Assembly: GCA_029258835.1 (NCBI GenBank)
Contig: JAPDJY010000035.1
Coordinates: forward strand, 64,001-128,000
DNA: 64,000 nt
Reading direction: 5' to 3'
Origin: Thermoproteota archaeon
GTDB lineage: Archaea > Asgardarchaeota > Jordiarchaeia > Jordiarchaeales > Freyrarchaeaceae
Positions 19,945 through 30,131 of the stretch are shown in pieces. Position 1 is the stretch's first letter, and each line of letters begins with the position of its first letter. A model generated the notes under the pieces. That model ran no database searches. It worked only from the letters and a program-made list of their open reading frames with translations, and was not told where the DNA came from. The translations under genes and the position numbers were made by a program.

Positions 19945-21006
19945 ATGAAAGTTAGAGTGAATGGTTCATTGAAAGAGTACTATACTGTATGGATGGAGGG
20001 TGATGTAGTTTGCATGATAGACCAAGCAATGCTTCCCTTTGAATTTTCTGTTTATAGGGCAAGTACGCCGGAACAGGTAGCTGACGCTATAAGAAATATG
20101 CGAGTGCGGGGGGCACCTGCTATAGGCGTCGCAGCTTGCTATGGATTAGCTCAAGCAGCAATCCAGAACGCTAATCTTCCGGCTGACGAACTCAAATCTC
20201 TTCTTAGAGAGAAAGCGTCTCTTTTCCTCTCGACAAGGCCGACGGCTGTAGACATGAAAAACATGGTTGAACGGGTGCTGAGAACGCTGAATAAGCGAAG
20301 CAACTCCCAGCAAATAGTTCAGGCAGTTCTTGAGGAAGCCCGTAGGATAGCTTGGGAGAACGCCGAGGCTTGCCGAAAAATAGGGGAGTTCGGAAGTCAA
20401 CTAATAACGAAGAATGCCAGGCTTTTAGTTCACTGCAATCCCGGAGCTTTAGGAACAGTGGATTACGGAACTGCTCTCAGCATAGTGCGTTTCGCCCATG
20501 CTCAAGGGAAGAACGTGTATGTCTACGTTACCGAGACGCGACCTTGGTTGCAGGGTAGACTTACCAGCTGGGAACTAGATCAGGAAGGTATACCCTACTG
20601 CCTAATCGCGGACTCTGCGGCGGGATACTATATCTTCAAAAAAGAAGTGAATGCTGTTCTTGTCGGAGCAGACCGCATACTCCCTGACGGAACAGTCATA
20701 AATAAGATTGGGACATACATGCTTGCAGTGGCGGCATATGAAAACGACGTTCCATTTATAGTCGCAGCGCCTACGACTACGTTCGACGCGGCAATCACTT
20801 GCCCAAAAATTGAAGAGCGAGCTCCGAGGGAAGTTACGCATGTAAAAGGTTATGATGATAGAGCTAAAAGGCACGTCCATGTTAGAATTCATCCCGATGT
20901 ACCAGCGAAGAACCCCGCATTCGACGTAACCCCGGCAAAATATGTTACAGCCATAGTAACAGAGAAGGGAATCTTGAAGCCAAACGAGTTAAAGCGCATC
21001 CTCTAA
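19945..21006 (+). CDS. mtnA: Methylthioribose-1-phosphate isomerase (eIF2B-like family)
   Basis: MRVRGAPAIG, TRPTAV, HCNPGAL, ETRP, GADRI, NKIGTY and NPAFDVTP motifs. Confidence 0.92.
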   Translation: MKVRVNGSLKEYYTVWMEGDVVCMIDQAMLPFEFSVYRASTPEQVADAIRNMRVRGAPAIGVAACYGLAQAAIQNANLPADELKSLLREKASLFLSTRPTAVDMKNMVERVLRTLNKRSNSQQIVQAVLEEARRIAWENAEACRKIGEFGSQLITKNARLLVHCNPGALGTVDYGTALSIVRFAHAQGKNVYVYVTETRPWLQGRLTSWELDQEGIPYCLIADSAAGYYIFKKEVNAVLVGADRILPDGTVINKIGTYMLAVAAYENDVPFIVAAPTTTFDAAITCPKIEERAPREVTHVKGYDDRAKRHVHVRIHPDVPAKNPAFDVTPAKYVTAIVTEKGILKPNELKRIL

Positions 21007-21040
21007 AGTCATTCTCTCTAAAACTTTTTGGGGGTTCTAA

Positions 21041-21838
21041 TTGGGAGAGCTTTTATTTGTCGGCTTAGGATTATGGGATGCTAGGGATATAACCCTTAAG
21101 GGTTTAGAAGCTGCTAGGTCTGCGGACGAGGTTTACATGGACGCTTACACAAGCTTAATGGGCGGCTTGAGAATCGAAGAGTTAGAAGATTTGATAGGTA
21201 AGAAAGTTCTTCCGTTAAGCAGGAAAGACGTTGAGGAGGAAGCGAGGAAGCTCGTACTTCGCGCTAAGAAGCGGCGCATCGCATTCTTAGTTCCTGGCGA
21301 CCCTATGGTGGCTACAACGCATATTGCCCTTAGGTTAGAGGCTGAAAAAAACGGGGTAAAAACCCGCGTGATTCACGGTGTTTCAATATACTCTGCAGCT
21401 CCAAGCATATGTGGACTGGAAAGCTATAAGTTTGGAAGGTCGGTGACAATACCTTTCCCTGAGGGAAACTACTTTCCAGAAACACCGTACTTGGTTATTA
21501 AAGAGAATTTTGAAAGAGGACTCCATACGTTAATTTTCCTTGATATTAAGAAAGAGAAGAAACGTTTCATGACGATTAATGAAGGATTGAAGGTTCTCGC
21601 AAAGTTAGAAGCTAAAATATCACCGTCAGAACCCATTTTAGAAAGAATACTTATGGTTGGAATGGCAAGGGTAGGATCAGAGGATCCCGCTGTTAAAGCA
21701 GGATACTTTCAACACCTGTTAAGTTACGATTTTGGACCGCCCCCTCACATCCTGATCGCCACAGGGAAGCTTCACTTTAAGGAGGCAAAGGCACTCTACC
21801 ACCTAGCTAATGCGCCAAGATCAGTTCTCTCGATCTAA
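21041..21838 (+). CDS. dph5: Diphthine synthase
   Basis: VGLGL..DITLKG, YTS, GDPMVATTH, YKFGRSVTIP, GLHTLIFLDI and DFGPPPH motifs. Confidence 0.96.
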   Translation: MGELLFVGLGLWDARDITLKGLEAARSADEVYMDAYTSLMGGLRIEELEDLIGKKVLPLSRKDVEEEARKLVLRAKKRRIAFLVPGDPMVATTHIALRLEAEKNGVKTRVIHGVSIYSAAPSICGLESYKFGRSVTIPFPEGNYFPETPYLVIKENFERGLHTLIFLDIKKEKKRFMTINEGLKVLAKLEAKISPSEPILERILMVGMARVGSEDPAVKAGYFQHLLSYDFGPPPHILIATGKLHFKEAKALYHLANAPRSVLSI

Positions 21839-21862
21839 AAGCGGTTATATTAAGTCTAAGAG

Positions 21863-22330
21863 CTACGCTTGATCCAGTAATCCCCACTCTCTAGCCTTCT
21901 CTATTATTCTTTTGACAATGATGCTTGAACTATTTAATTCGCCATACTTTGGAAGACGATGAACTTCTGCATGAATCCCTCTTCTTCTCAGTTCTTCTAG
22001 GAATTTTTCCATATCCTTTCTCTGGTCATATCCTAATACGATTATATCCGGCTTTTTTTCTTCAACGATCTTAAGCATGTCCTCTCCCTCGTACCCGAGG
22101 ACTGCCTCATCGACAGGCTTTAACCCTTCTATTAATCTTTTCCTTTCTCCCTCATTGAAAATTGGGGATCGGCCTCTTAGCCTGCGCACGGTTGAATCCC
22201 TAGAAATGACTACAGTGAGCTTAGCGTTTTCCCCTCCAAGCTTCTTTGCTTCCTCAAGGAACCTTAGGTGCCCCACGTGTAATATATCAAAAGTTCCGAA
22301 AACCATTACTTTCTTCATAACACCCACCAT
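21863..22330 (-). CDS. ribL: Archaeal FAD synthase (cytidylyltransferase family)
   Basis: FGTFDILHVGH and PDIIVLGYDQ; directly downstream of riboflavin kinase. Confidence 0.88.
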   Translation of the reverse strand: MVGVMKKVMVFGTFDILHVGHLRFLEEAKKLGGENAKLTVVISRDSTVRRLRGRSPIFNEGERKRLIEGLKPVDEAVLGYEGEDMLKIVEEKKPDIIVLGYDQRKDMEKFLEELRRRGIHAEVHRLPKYGELNSSSIIVKRIIEKAREWGLLDQA

Positions 22331-22345
22331 TTTTTAGCTTTCCAT

Positions 22346-23023
22346 TTAGCTCTCAAGAACTACGTCAACGGTTACCACGTCCCCGTCTTTTAGGGAAAGA
22401 GCTTCTCTTAGGTAAACGGGTGCGATCACCTCTATTACGTCTTCTCCATAATGAGTTCTATTAATAAGTAACACGCTTCCTTCGGTGCCTTCCACTATCG
22501 CTTTAAAGCACTTAACTCTGCCAAAGGTTCGCCCCCCTTCTTCAAATTCTTCTATTACTATGCCAGGGTAGGCCTTCAACATTCTCCGCGCCTGCATGTC
22601 CTGATATGTTCTTAACCTTAAGTTTAAAGTCCCAGGATACGGGGTGAAACCTAATTTTTCTTCGAACCTTTTCATGTACCCTTCAATAGAGACATAATAT
22701 TTCCCTTCACCCATCCCGCTAAAGACTTCTCCGCTTATCCTGAGGTGGCGAGGCTTCTCTTCGAAAACTTCTTTAAGTCCAAGATAAACTCTTAGAAGTT
22801 CATCCATCCCTTTACCATTCACTCTGATATATTGAGCTTTAGGAGTCATTTCCCTAGTAATTAAGCCTTCTCTTTCTAATTCCTGCAATCTCCTTGATGC
22901 TGTCTGCTGGCTGATACCTAAACGATTAGCGAGTTGAGTCGAAGACAACTTAACGGTTTCTCTGCATCCACCCATTTTAGCTATTTCAAACAAGGTGAAC
23001 CACAATTCCTCATTCACGACCAC
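22346..23023 (-). CDS. ribK: CTP-dependent riboflavin kinase with N-terminal wHTH
   Basis: ISQQTASRRL HTH; SGMGEG, PYPGTLN, RTFG, RTHY and LKDGD motifs. Confidence 0.94.
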   Translation of the reverse strand: MVVNEELWFTLFEIAKMGGCRETVKLSSTQLANRLGISQQTASRRLQELEREGLITREMTPKAQYIRVNGKGMDELLRVYLGLKEVFEEKPRHLRISGEVFSGMGEGKYYVSIEGYMKRFEEKLGFTPYPGTLNLRLRTYQDMQARRMLKAYPGIVIEEFEEGGRTFGRVKCFKAIVEGTEGSVLLINRTHYGEDVIEVIAPVYLREALSLKDGDVVTVDVVLES

Positions 23024-23049
23024 ACCCCCGCCGAGGAGAGAACACGCCT

Positions 23050-24606
23050 TTACCTGTTCAACCTAGCTGAAAAACCTATGAATACGGGCCCTCTAACATC
23101 AATTTTCTTGTTCTTTGAAGTTAAGTAAAACCTTATGTTATCCCTCACTAAGAGGTTAATGTCAGCTGCACTTTTAACCATTTTAACTCTCATGGAAAGT
23201 TCCATTTTTTCTCCGTTTAAAATCTCTTTCTCCACTTTTCTGGCGAATAAAGCAGCTAGCCCGTCTAAGTATCTTAACTTCGCCCTTACACCTTTTGCTT
23301 TCTCTAGGGGTAACCCAAGTATGTTTCCGTTTTCAACGCATATTACATTTAACGCCGCTGGACCAAGGAGCTTGACCCCCTTCTCGGTCTCGAAGACGGA
23401 GACTGTAAGTTCACCCTTACTAGTGTTTCCTTTCCAAGCAGTAAACTCGCATGGTGCATCTGCATCCTTATTGGCTTCAGCAGTGTTAATCAACGCGTTC
23501 ATTATTTCACGTCCTAACCCGGTTTCAGGATATTCCGCGTAGGAGAGGCTTTCAGCTATTTCCTCGTCAAGGTAAAATTCTCTCTTGTAAAAGTAGGGGT
23601 AAGTTAGCCTTCTTATGTCCGTTTCACCTGTTCTTATCATAACAAACCTTTCTAAACCGAATCCAGCGTTGAATACAGGGACGCCTATTCCATACTTTGC
23701 TAGACTCACAGGCGAGTAAAAGCCACAGTCACCAACTTCAATCCACTCCTTGGTTTCTGGATGCTGGATGAAAACTTCAAACTCTGTACGTGGCGCATAA
23801 TACTTTGATGTGGCATCCTTAATTCTAAATTCCGCTTTTGAAAAACCTATTTTCCTGAGGAATTCACGTACTACTTCTTTTCCGTCGTCTAACGTGATTT
23901 CATCGGTCATGATAACCAGCGAGGCCGTGAAGGAGCTGTAAAGGTGCACCGCATCAAGCCTCTGCTCCCGCCTAAACTTTTGTCCAACAGTGAATAACTG
24001 AACTGGAAGATCACGCCACCTATAAATTTCACTTAGTACGGGAAACCAGAGAGCAGTCATGTGTGATCTAAGAGTAAGCGATGATGGGATGGGTTTAAGC
24101 TCCTTGAACTCTTGGAAAACACCGTCGATTATTTTTGTGGCATCGCTTTCAGTTAGCTCTAATTCTTTAACCATGGCTTCAACCAGATCGTCAGCCTCGA
24201 TTTCTCCTTTTTTGTACCTTCTAAAGAGCCTCTGCAGCTCCCTAAACCTGTTAAAGGACGGAGTCATCTCCTTGATTTGCCTGATCTTATCCTTGCTAAG
24301 GCCTATGTCAGGTCGAGGCAATCCTGCCAAATAGAAAACCCTGTCTAAAATTATGGGCGCTTCAGGCCCATATTCCTTATAAACCTCACTTTCATTGACA
24401 ATCACCGGCAAGATCACTTCTTCAAAGCCCATTTCCACCAAAGTTCTTCTTACTTCTTCTATGAAATCCATTATTTCATTACTCTTGCCCAACGGCTTAA
24501 GTCTAAAGCACCGCCCTTCTATCCTGAGAAATCTGCGAGACTCCATCCAAGCGGACTCATAATCCTTCTTAGCCTTCTCCAGAAGTGCTTTAATGTTGAA
24601 CCTCAT
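23050..24606 (-). CDS. sepS: O-phosphoseryl-tRNA(Cys) synthetase
   Basis: YGPEAPIILDRVFYLAGLPRPDIG, TLRSHMT, FRREQRLD, SKYYAP, YSPVSLAKY, GFGLER and KKIDVRGPVF motifs. Confidence 0.95.
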   Translation of the reverse strand: MRFNIKALLEKAKKDYESAWMESRRFLRIEGRCFRLKPLGKSNEIMDFIEEVRRTLVEMGFEEVILPVIVNESEVYKEYGPEAPIILDRVFYLAGLPRPDIGLSKDKIRQIKEMTPSFNRFRELQRLFRRYKKGEIEADDLVEAMVKELELTESDATKIIDGVFQEFKELKPIPSSLTLRSHMTALWFPVLSEIYRWRDLPVQLFTVGQKFRREQRLDAVHLYSSFTASLVIMTDEITLDDGKEVVREFLRKIGFSKAEFRIKDATSKYYAPRTEFEVFIQHPETKEWIEVGDCGFYSPVSLAKYGIGVPVFNAGFGLERFVMIRTGETDIRRLTYPYFYKREFYLDEEIAESLSYAEYPETGLGREIMNALINTAEANKDADAPCEFTAWKGNTSKGELTVSVFETEKGVKLLGPAALNVICVENGNILGLPLEKAKGVRAKLRYLDGLAALFARKVEKEILNGEKMELSMRVKMVKSAADINLLVRDNIRFYLTSKNKKIDVRGPVFIGFSARLNR

Positions 24607-25243
24607 TCTTTTTCCACCCTAACTGCTTCATGAACTCTTCAAGTTTTCTTGTCAACCTTTCTTCTTGTAACACAAGGAGAAATTCTGCCCTAGTTTTCTC
24701 TAAGAGGCTACGGGCAACATCGCACTTATGCTTAAAGCCTAAAGCAATAACCTCAGGGTGGTCGATGAGCATCATGCTCAGGTATATTTCCTCCATTAGG
24801 TTCACCGCCCGCTCTGCATCACCAAACCTTTTTTCTTTCATGCTTATTAGGACGCTGCGGCGTAACTCCCCTACGAAGTCACCTAACGCCATTAGGTAAG
24901 AAACATTCGGCACATTCAATTCCTTAGGGGAAGGCATCCTTTCACCTTTCATGAAGGAGTGTAAAAGGCAAGCTTCCGCATACTCTTGAAACGCTGTGGA
25001 CGCAAAGCCCTTGAAAATGAAGTCTACGTATCTCTCCGCTACAGAAACCATTTCCTCTAAACACTTCTTCGCCTTCCTCAAGTTTTCCTCGGCGTCATCC
25101 ATTTTTCCTCTCTGCATGGACCTAATAGCAAAACCCGAATACCTGACAACATCCCTTGAAAGCGATAAAACCCTCTCTCTAACTTTATCACGTTCATCGA
25201 GCTCCCTTATTATCTCAAGGACTATGTCTCTCATGTTAAACAT
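24590..25243 (-). CDS. Translin/TRAX (C3PO) family protein
   Basis: RERVLSLSRDV, QEYAEA, YLMALGDFVGELRR and KCDVARSLLEKT motifs. Confidence 0.88.
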   Translation of the reverse strand: MFNMRDIVLEIIRELDERDKVRERVLSLSRDVVRYSGFAIRSMQRGKMDDAEENLRKAKKCLEEMVSVAERYVDFIFKGFASTAFQEYAEACLLHSFMKGERMPSPKELNVPNVSYLMALGDFVGELRRSVLISMKEKRFGDAERAVNLMEEIYLSMMLIDHPEVIALGFKHKCDVARSLLEKTRAEFLLVLQEERLTRKLEEFMKQLGWKKNEVQH

Positions 25244-25312
25244 AACATCACCTAGAAGGAAACGTTTTTACCCTTTTTCTTCTATCGATTGCATGGAAGC
25301 ACACGTTTCTTA

Positions 25313-26284
25313 TTACGCCACTTTCACGGGTTTATCAAGTTTGCTTAAGAGCACAACCCTACTTGCAATGGACGAGCCTATTACTTTATATCCTATCAAT
25401 TCCCCTATTTTCTCTGCGAAGGGCATCAACTCCTTAACCGATAACATGTTACCACTATTCAACCCTCGCCTAGTGGACATTCCAACAGAAACATAACTTT
25501 TACACTCTACATAGGTCGGTTCGGCTAAGTTTATTAGCTTTGCGTACCCTTCCGGGTCCATGAAATTTAATCCTTTAACTAGGGTAAGCCGGACGACTGT
25601 GGGACAGCTGAATCCCCTCATAAGGCTGAGGCTCTCCTTGACACGCTCCCAAGCATCCTTCAGGAGAGGCCTGCAGACCCTTCTATAAGTTTCCTCATCT
25701 GGAGCGTAGAGTGTAAGGTACAATTGAGTAGGATTCCTAATCTCCGCTAACCTTTCGGGCATGGTGCCATTGGTAACTAGAAACGTGGTCATGCCTTTCC
25801 TGTGGAATACTTCTATCAGCTCGCCTAGCTTAGGGTATAGGGTTGGTTCCCCCGCCAAACTTATAGCGGCGTGCTTCGGCTCGAGCGCCTCCTCCCACCT
25901 TTCCCGGCTGACTAATGGATGATGTACTGGATTAAAGCCGGTGAGGATCCTGCGTTGCGCCTCTATGCAGCCTTCAACTATCTCTTCAGGATCATCTACT
26001 TCTGCCCGCATTATCGCTAATTGGTCCCATTCAATACCAGCATCCCCTGGCTCTATGCGCCAACACGGAAGACACCTATTTGTACAGAAAACGGCACAAG
26101 GCGTCATCTGTAAGCATCTATGAGATTTGATATTATACCACTCCTGCTTGTAACAGTGCCCTCTTCCAGTTAGACCCTTATAAAACCAATGGCAGCGCTT
26201 CACCGCAGAGTGCCTTCCAACTAGCTGATACTTTTGCTTCCTCAAAATAGTTGAAAGGTCCTTCGGAATCAGGGTTTCCTGCAT
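25313..26284 (-). CDS. taw1: 4-demethylwyosine synthase TYW1/Taw1
   Basis: HSAVKRCHW, CYK..WYNIKSHRCLQMTP, CTNRCLPCWR, HAAISLAGEPTLY and TFLVTNG motifs. Confidence 0.96.
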   Translation of the reverse strand: MQETLIPKDLSTILRKQKYQLVGRHSAVKRCHWFYKGLTGRGHCYKQEWYNIKSHRCLQMTPCAVFCTNRCLPCWRIEPGDAGIEWDQLAIMRAEVDDPEEIVEGCIEAQRRILTGFNPVHHPLVSRERWEEALEPKHAAISLAGEPTLYPKLGELIEVFHRKGMTTFLVTNGTMPERLAEIRNPTQLYLTLYAPDEETYRRVCRPLLKDAWERVKESLSLMRGFSCPTVVRLTLVKGLNFMDPEGYAKLINLAEPTYVECKSYVSVGMSTRRGLNSGNMLSVKELMPFAEKIGELIGYKVIGSSIASRVVLLSKLDKPVKVA

Positions 26285-26333
26285 TTTTCAACCACCAATT
26301 TACGAGTGAAACATAAGTTAGAACTAAGCGACT

Positions 26334-27512
26334 CTAAATCACTTTTTCCTCTCTCAGCCTTTTAATCTCTTCCTCACTATAGCCTAGTTCTTTAAGGATC
26401 TCTTCCGTGTGTTCCCCTAGAAGAGGTGGATACCGCCTGATTACACTCCATTTCTCTGAAAATTTTAATGGGAATCCAACCTGCTTAATTTTTCCCGCCT
26501 TTGGATGTTCAACTTCCATTAGCATCTCACGGTGCAAAACCTGAGGATCAGAGAAGACTTCTTCTATCTCGTTAACAGGTCCGCAGGGCACGTCTGCATC
26601 CCCGAAAATCTTCAACCATTCATCTCTCGTCTTACTTCTGATTATTTGACGGATGATCCCGGATAGCTCTTCTCGTTTCTCAGGTGAAAGGTACGGATAA
26701 TTTTCAAGATCCAGCCTACCCACTGCCCTACAGAAGTTCCTCCAGAACGCCTCCTCCAGCATTCCCAAGGTGATGTACTTTCCATCACTCGTCTCGTAAA
26801 CGCCATAGCTACCCAGGCCCCCCGCTAAAATATTCTCCCCTCGCCTTGTAGCGACGCCACCTATAAGGTACATGCCAGCGTAGATTGAAAGCCATGAAAC
26901 CACTCCATCCAGCATCGAGACATCAACATATTGGCCTTTTCCAGTCTTCTCCCTCATAAGGAGGGCTGCCAGTATGCCTACGACCCCCATCATTCCCCCT
27001 CCACCTAAATCTGCTATGGGGACTCCTGGGATGATCGGAGGCTTACCCTTCTCTCCCGTTAAAGCGAGTATGCCGCCGATTCCTATGTAATTAATGTCGT
27101 GGCCGCTTTTTCTAGCATATGGCCCGTTTTGACCAAAGCCAGAAATAGAGCAGTATATTATACGTGGGTTCAACTTGCTAACAGTTTCATAATCTATCTT
27201 AAGCCTCTTTGCAACGCCGGGCCTAAACCCTTCAAGGACGACGTCGCTTTTCCTAATGAGCTTATAGAAGATTTCCCGTCCTTTCTCGCTCTTCAAGTTC
27301 AACGTGACACTTTTCTTGTTACGATTAACTGACATGAAGATTGCGCTTTCTCCATTAATGAAGGGCGGATTCCAGCGAGTCCAGTCTCCGCTCCCTGGTT
27401 CCTCGATCTTTATCACCTCTGCCCCTAGGTCGCCGAGAAACATGGAGCAGAAGGGGCCGGGAAGTAGCCGCGTTAAATCCAAGACGATGATCCCTTCCAG
27501 TGGAGCAACCAT
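26334..27512 (-). CDS. Family III CoA transferase (CaiB/BaiF)
   Basis: DLTRLLPGP, NRNKKS, EGFRPGV, SISGFGQNGP, GHDINY and LGEHT motifs. Confidence 0.93.
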   Translation of the reverse strand: MVAPLEGIIVLDLTRLLPGPFCSMFLGDLGAEVIKIEEPGSGDWTRWNPPFINGESAIFMSVNRNKKSVTLNLKSEKGREIFYKLIRKSDVVLEGFRPGVAKRLKIDYETVSKLNPRIIYCSISGFGQNGPYARKSGHDINYIGIGGILALTGEKGKPPIIPGVPIADLGGGGMMGVVGILAALLMREKTGKGQYVDVSMLDGVVSWLSIYAGMYLIGGVATRRGENILAGGLGSYGVYETSDGKYITLGMLEEAFWRNFCRAVGRLDLENYPYLSPEKREELSGIIRQIIRSKTRDEWLKIFGDADVPCGPVNEIEEVFSDPQVLHREMLMEVEHPKAGKIKQVGFPLKFSEKWSVIRRYPPLLGEHTEEILKELGYSEEEIKRLREEKVI

Positions 27513-27561
27513 AAGGGTTCACCTCAATTTTTTCAAGTACTTGAAAAATAATGTAACCATT

Positions 27562-29094
27562 TTAATGTTTAAAGTGACGTTTACCAGTATGTATCATGAC
27601 CATGTCATACTCGTTGGCTGCCTCTGTGACTTCTTGGTCACGCTTAGATCCTCCCGGCTGTATAATGCACGTGATTCCTGCCTCCGCTGCTGCGTCTACC
27701 GTGTCCCTAAACGGTATGAAGCCGTCTGATGCTAGGGCGCCTCCTTTTGCCCGGTCGCCTGCTTTCTCTAAGGCAAGCTTTGCGGAATCAACTCTGCTCA
27801 TTTGCCCTGCTCCCACTCCTACAATCCAGTCTGGCGTAGAAACCACTATAGCATTCGACTTAACATGCTTCACTATCTTCCAGCCGAAAAGTGCTGCTTG
27901 AAGCTCCTTCTCCGTCGGCTTTCTCAGGCTTACAACCTTAAAACCTTCTACTTGCTCGTCTACCACATCCTCTGTTTGAACTAGTAATCCACCAGTCACC
28001 CTCCTGAAGTCTATTCCAGCACTACGCGGATTAAGGCGTGGAAGTCTGAGTACCCTTAGGTTTTCTTTTCTCCTAAGCTCGTTTAACGCAGCCGGCGTGT
28101 AGCCGGGTGCGACAACCGCCTCGACGAATGTGGAGGTAATCTCCTTAGCGACTTCTAAGTCAGCTTCTCTGTTCAGCCCGACTATACTGCCGTAAGCAGA
28201 CAGTGGGTCGCTTTCCCTAGCCTTAACGTATGCTTCACGTATGGTTTCCCCTATTGCTGCGCCACAGGGGTTCGTATGCTTAATTACAACAGCCATTGGA
28301 GACGTAAACTCTCTGACTATCTCTATGGCTGCATTTAAATCCAACATATTATTGAAGGATAATTCTCTTCCGTGAAGCTGCTCGGCGTCAACTACCGTTG
28401 CGTCCTCACTGGGATACGCCTCTCTATACAACGCTGCTACCTGATGCGGATTCTCACCATATCTTAAATTTTGAACCTTAACGAATTTGAGCGTTAAAAA
28501 TTCAGGTAATACTTCTTCCTCGAAAAACCTCTTGGAAAGAGTATATGCTATGAAGTCATCGTACTCTGAAGTGTATGCAAACGCTTTCACTGCAAGACGC
28601 CTTCTCGTTTCCTCCTTAACTTCTCCGTGTTGCTTCAGTTCGTCTATGACTATCTTGTAATCTTTAGGATCTACGACAACCGTGACGCGTTCAAAGTTCT
28701 TTGCTGCAGCCCTAACAAGGCTTGGTCCACCAATGTCGATGTAATCAACGAGCTTCTCTAATCCTTCTCTCACGGCAGCCTCCTTGAAAGGGTACAGGTT
28801 GACGGCGACCAGGTCTATTGGCTTTACGCCTAGTTTTTCAAGTTGCTCTAAGTGATCTTTTCTATCTCTAGCCAAGACCGCACTGTAAATATACGGATGT
28901 AAGCTTTTAACTCTGCCATCTAGAAGCTCTGCGAACCCTGTTAGCTCAGACACCCTCTTGACGGGCAACCCCTTAAGCGCTTTAGCAGTTCCATCCGTTG
29001 CAATTATTTCAACGCCCATCTCATGGAGGGCGGCTGCAAACTCGTAAACTCCCTTCTTGTCCCAGACGCTTATTAGGGCCCGCTTAACCTTCAC
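27562..29094 (-). CDS. purH: Bifunctional AICAR transformylase/IMP cyclohydrolase
   Basis: RALISVWDK, GRVKSLHP, IDIGGP, LRYGENPHQ, KHTNPCG, GAGQMSRVDS, QPGGS and RHFKH motifs. Confidence 0.97.
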   Translation of the reverse strand: MKVKRALISVWDKKGVYEFAAALHEMGVEIIATDGTAKALKGLPVKRVSELTGFAELLDGRVKSLHPYIYSAVLARDRKDHLEQLEKLGVKPIDLVAVNLYPFKEAAVREGLEKLVDYIDIGGPSLVRAAAKNFERVTVVVDPKDYKIVIDELKQHGEVKEETRRRLAVKAFAYTSEYDDFIAYTLSKRFFEEEVLPEFLTLKFVKVQNLRYGENPHQVAALYREAYPSEDATVVDAEQLHGRELSFNNMLDLNAAIEIVREFTSPMAVVIKHTNPCGAAIGETIREAYVKARESDPLSAYGSIVGLNREADLEVAKEITSTFVEAVVAPGYTPAALNELRRKENLRVLRLPRLNPRSAGIDFRRVTGGLLVQTEDVVDEQVEGFKVVSLRKPTEKELQAALFGWKIVKHVKSNAIVVSTPDWIVGVGAGQMSRVDSAKLALEKAGDRAKGGALASDGFIPFRDTVDAAAEAGITCIIQPGGSKRDQEVTEAANEYDMVMIHTGKRHFKH

Positions 29095-29105
29095 CAGACA
29101 CCCTC

Positions 29106-29981
29106 CTAGGCCTCTCTTCTTAAACTTTTTTTGGCTGCGTCTAAAACATTTTTCAGTAACATTGCCACCGTCATGGGACCTACTCCTCCAGGTACAGGCG
29201 TGATAGCAGAGGCTTTCTCTTTCACCCTTTCAAAGTCGACGTCGCCCACTATCCGCCCCTCAACCCTGTTAATTCCAACATCTACCACCACAGCTCCATC
29301 CTTTACCATGTCTTCGGTGATGAACATCGGCTTCCCAACGGCAACAACCAGAATGTCTGCCGACCTTGTATGGTCCGTGAGGTTAACAGTCTTTGAGTGG
29401 CACACCGTTACGGTTGCGTCCCTATTAGTCATCATAACCATTAAGGGGCGCCCGACAATTTTGCTCCTGTTAATTATAACTACATGTTTGCCTCTGAGTG
29501 AAATTCCCTCCTTGCTAAGAAGGGTTATTATACCAGTAGGTGTACATGGGGTGATTGCTTCATCACCAAGCAGCAAGCGACCCATGTTAACAGGGTGAAG
29601 GCCATCAACATCCTTCTCAGGGGGGATTGAAGTGATTATCCTATTTTCATCTAGGTGAGGCGGTAATGGAAGTTGAACAATTATACCGTGAATGCTACTC
29701 TCACCATTAAGTTTCTGTAAAAGTTCGATTACGTCTTCTTCACCTACGTTTTCTGGTAACGAGTACTTTCTGAACTCGAACGACGCTTCTTCACATGCCT
29801 TCCTCTTTATCCTCAGGTAAACTTCAGAGGCAGGATCACTGCCGACGAGAATAGCCGCTAGTCCTGGACGCACACCGTGCTCTTCCCATAGCAGTTTAGC
29901 TTCCTCGGCAAGCTGCTTTCTAATCTCTGCCGCAATTCTCCTTCCATCAATCACCCGTGCGCCCATCCCCCTAACCTCCAA
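29106..29981 (-). CDS. folD: Methylenetetrahydrofolate dehydrogenase/cyclohydrolase
   Basis: VQLPLP, KDVDGLHP, PCTP, RSKIVGRP, DVGINR and TPVPGGVGPMT motifs. Confidence 0.97.
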   Translation of the reverse strand: MEVRGMGARVIDGRRIAAEIRKQLAEEAKLLWEEHGVRPGLAAILVGSDPASEVYLRIKRKACEEASFEFRKYSLPENVGEEDVIELLQKLNGESSIHGIIVQLPLPPHLDENRIITSIPPEKDVDGLHPVNMGRLLLGDEAITPCTPTGIITLLSKEGISLRGKHVVIINRSKIVGRPLMVMMTNRDATVTVCHSKTVNLTDHTRSADILVVAVGKPMFITEDMVKDGAVVVDVGINRVEGRIVGDVDFERVKEKASAITPVPGGVGPMTVAMLLKNVLDAAKKSLRREA

Positions 29982-30131
29982 AGCACTCTTATGTAAGCGT
30001 GATTTATAAGAGTGTGCGTAATCATCTTGCTTCCACGGAGATTTTACATGTTAACTTTCTCTACACGACGCAAGCCTTTTTAAATAGGTGCGTTTCCACT
30101 TCAACTCGAACACACCCGAAAAGGAGTGTGA

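Noticed and set aside
25313-26284. Introns in other RNA-modification genes (taw1; also rlmE, truA, dph5, queD)
   Set aside because: All are continuous with intact motifs; short in-frame introns cannot be fully excluded by eye.
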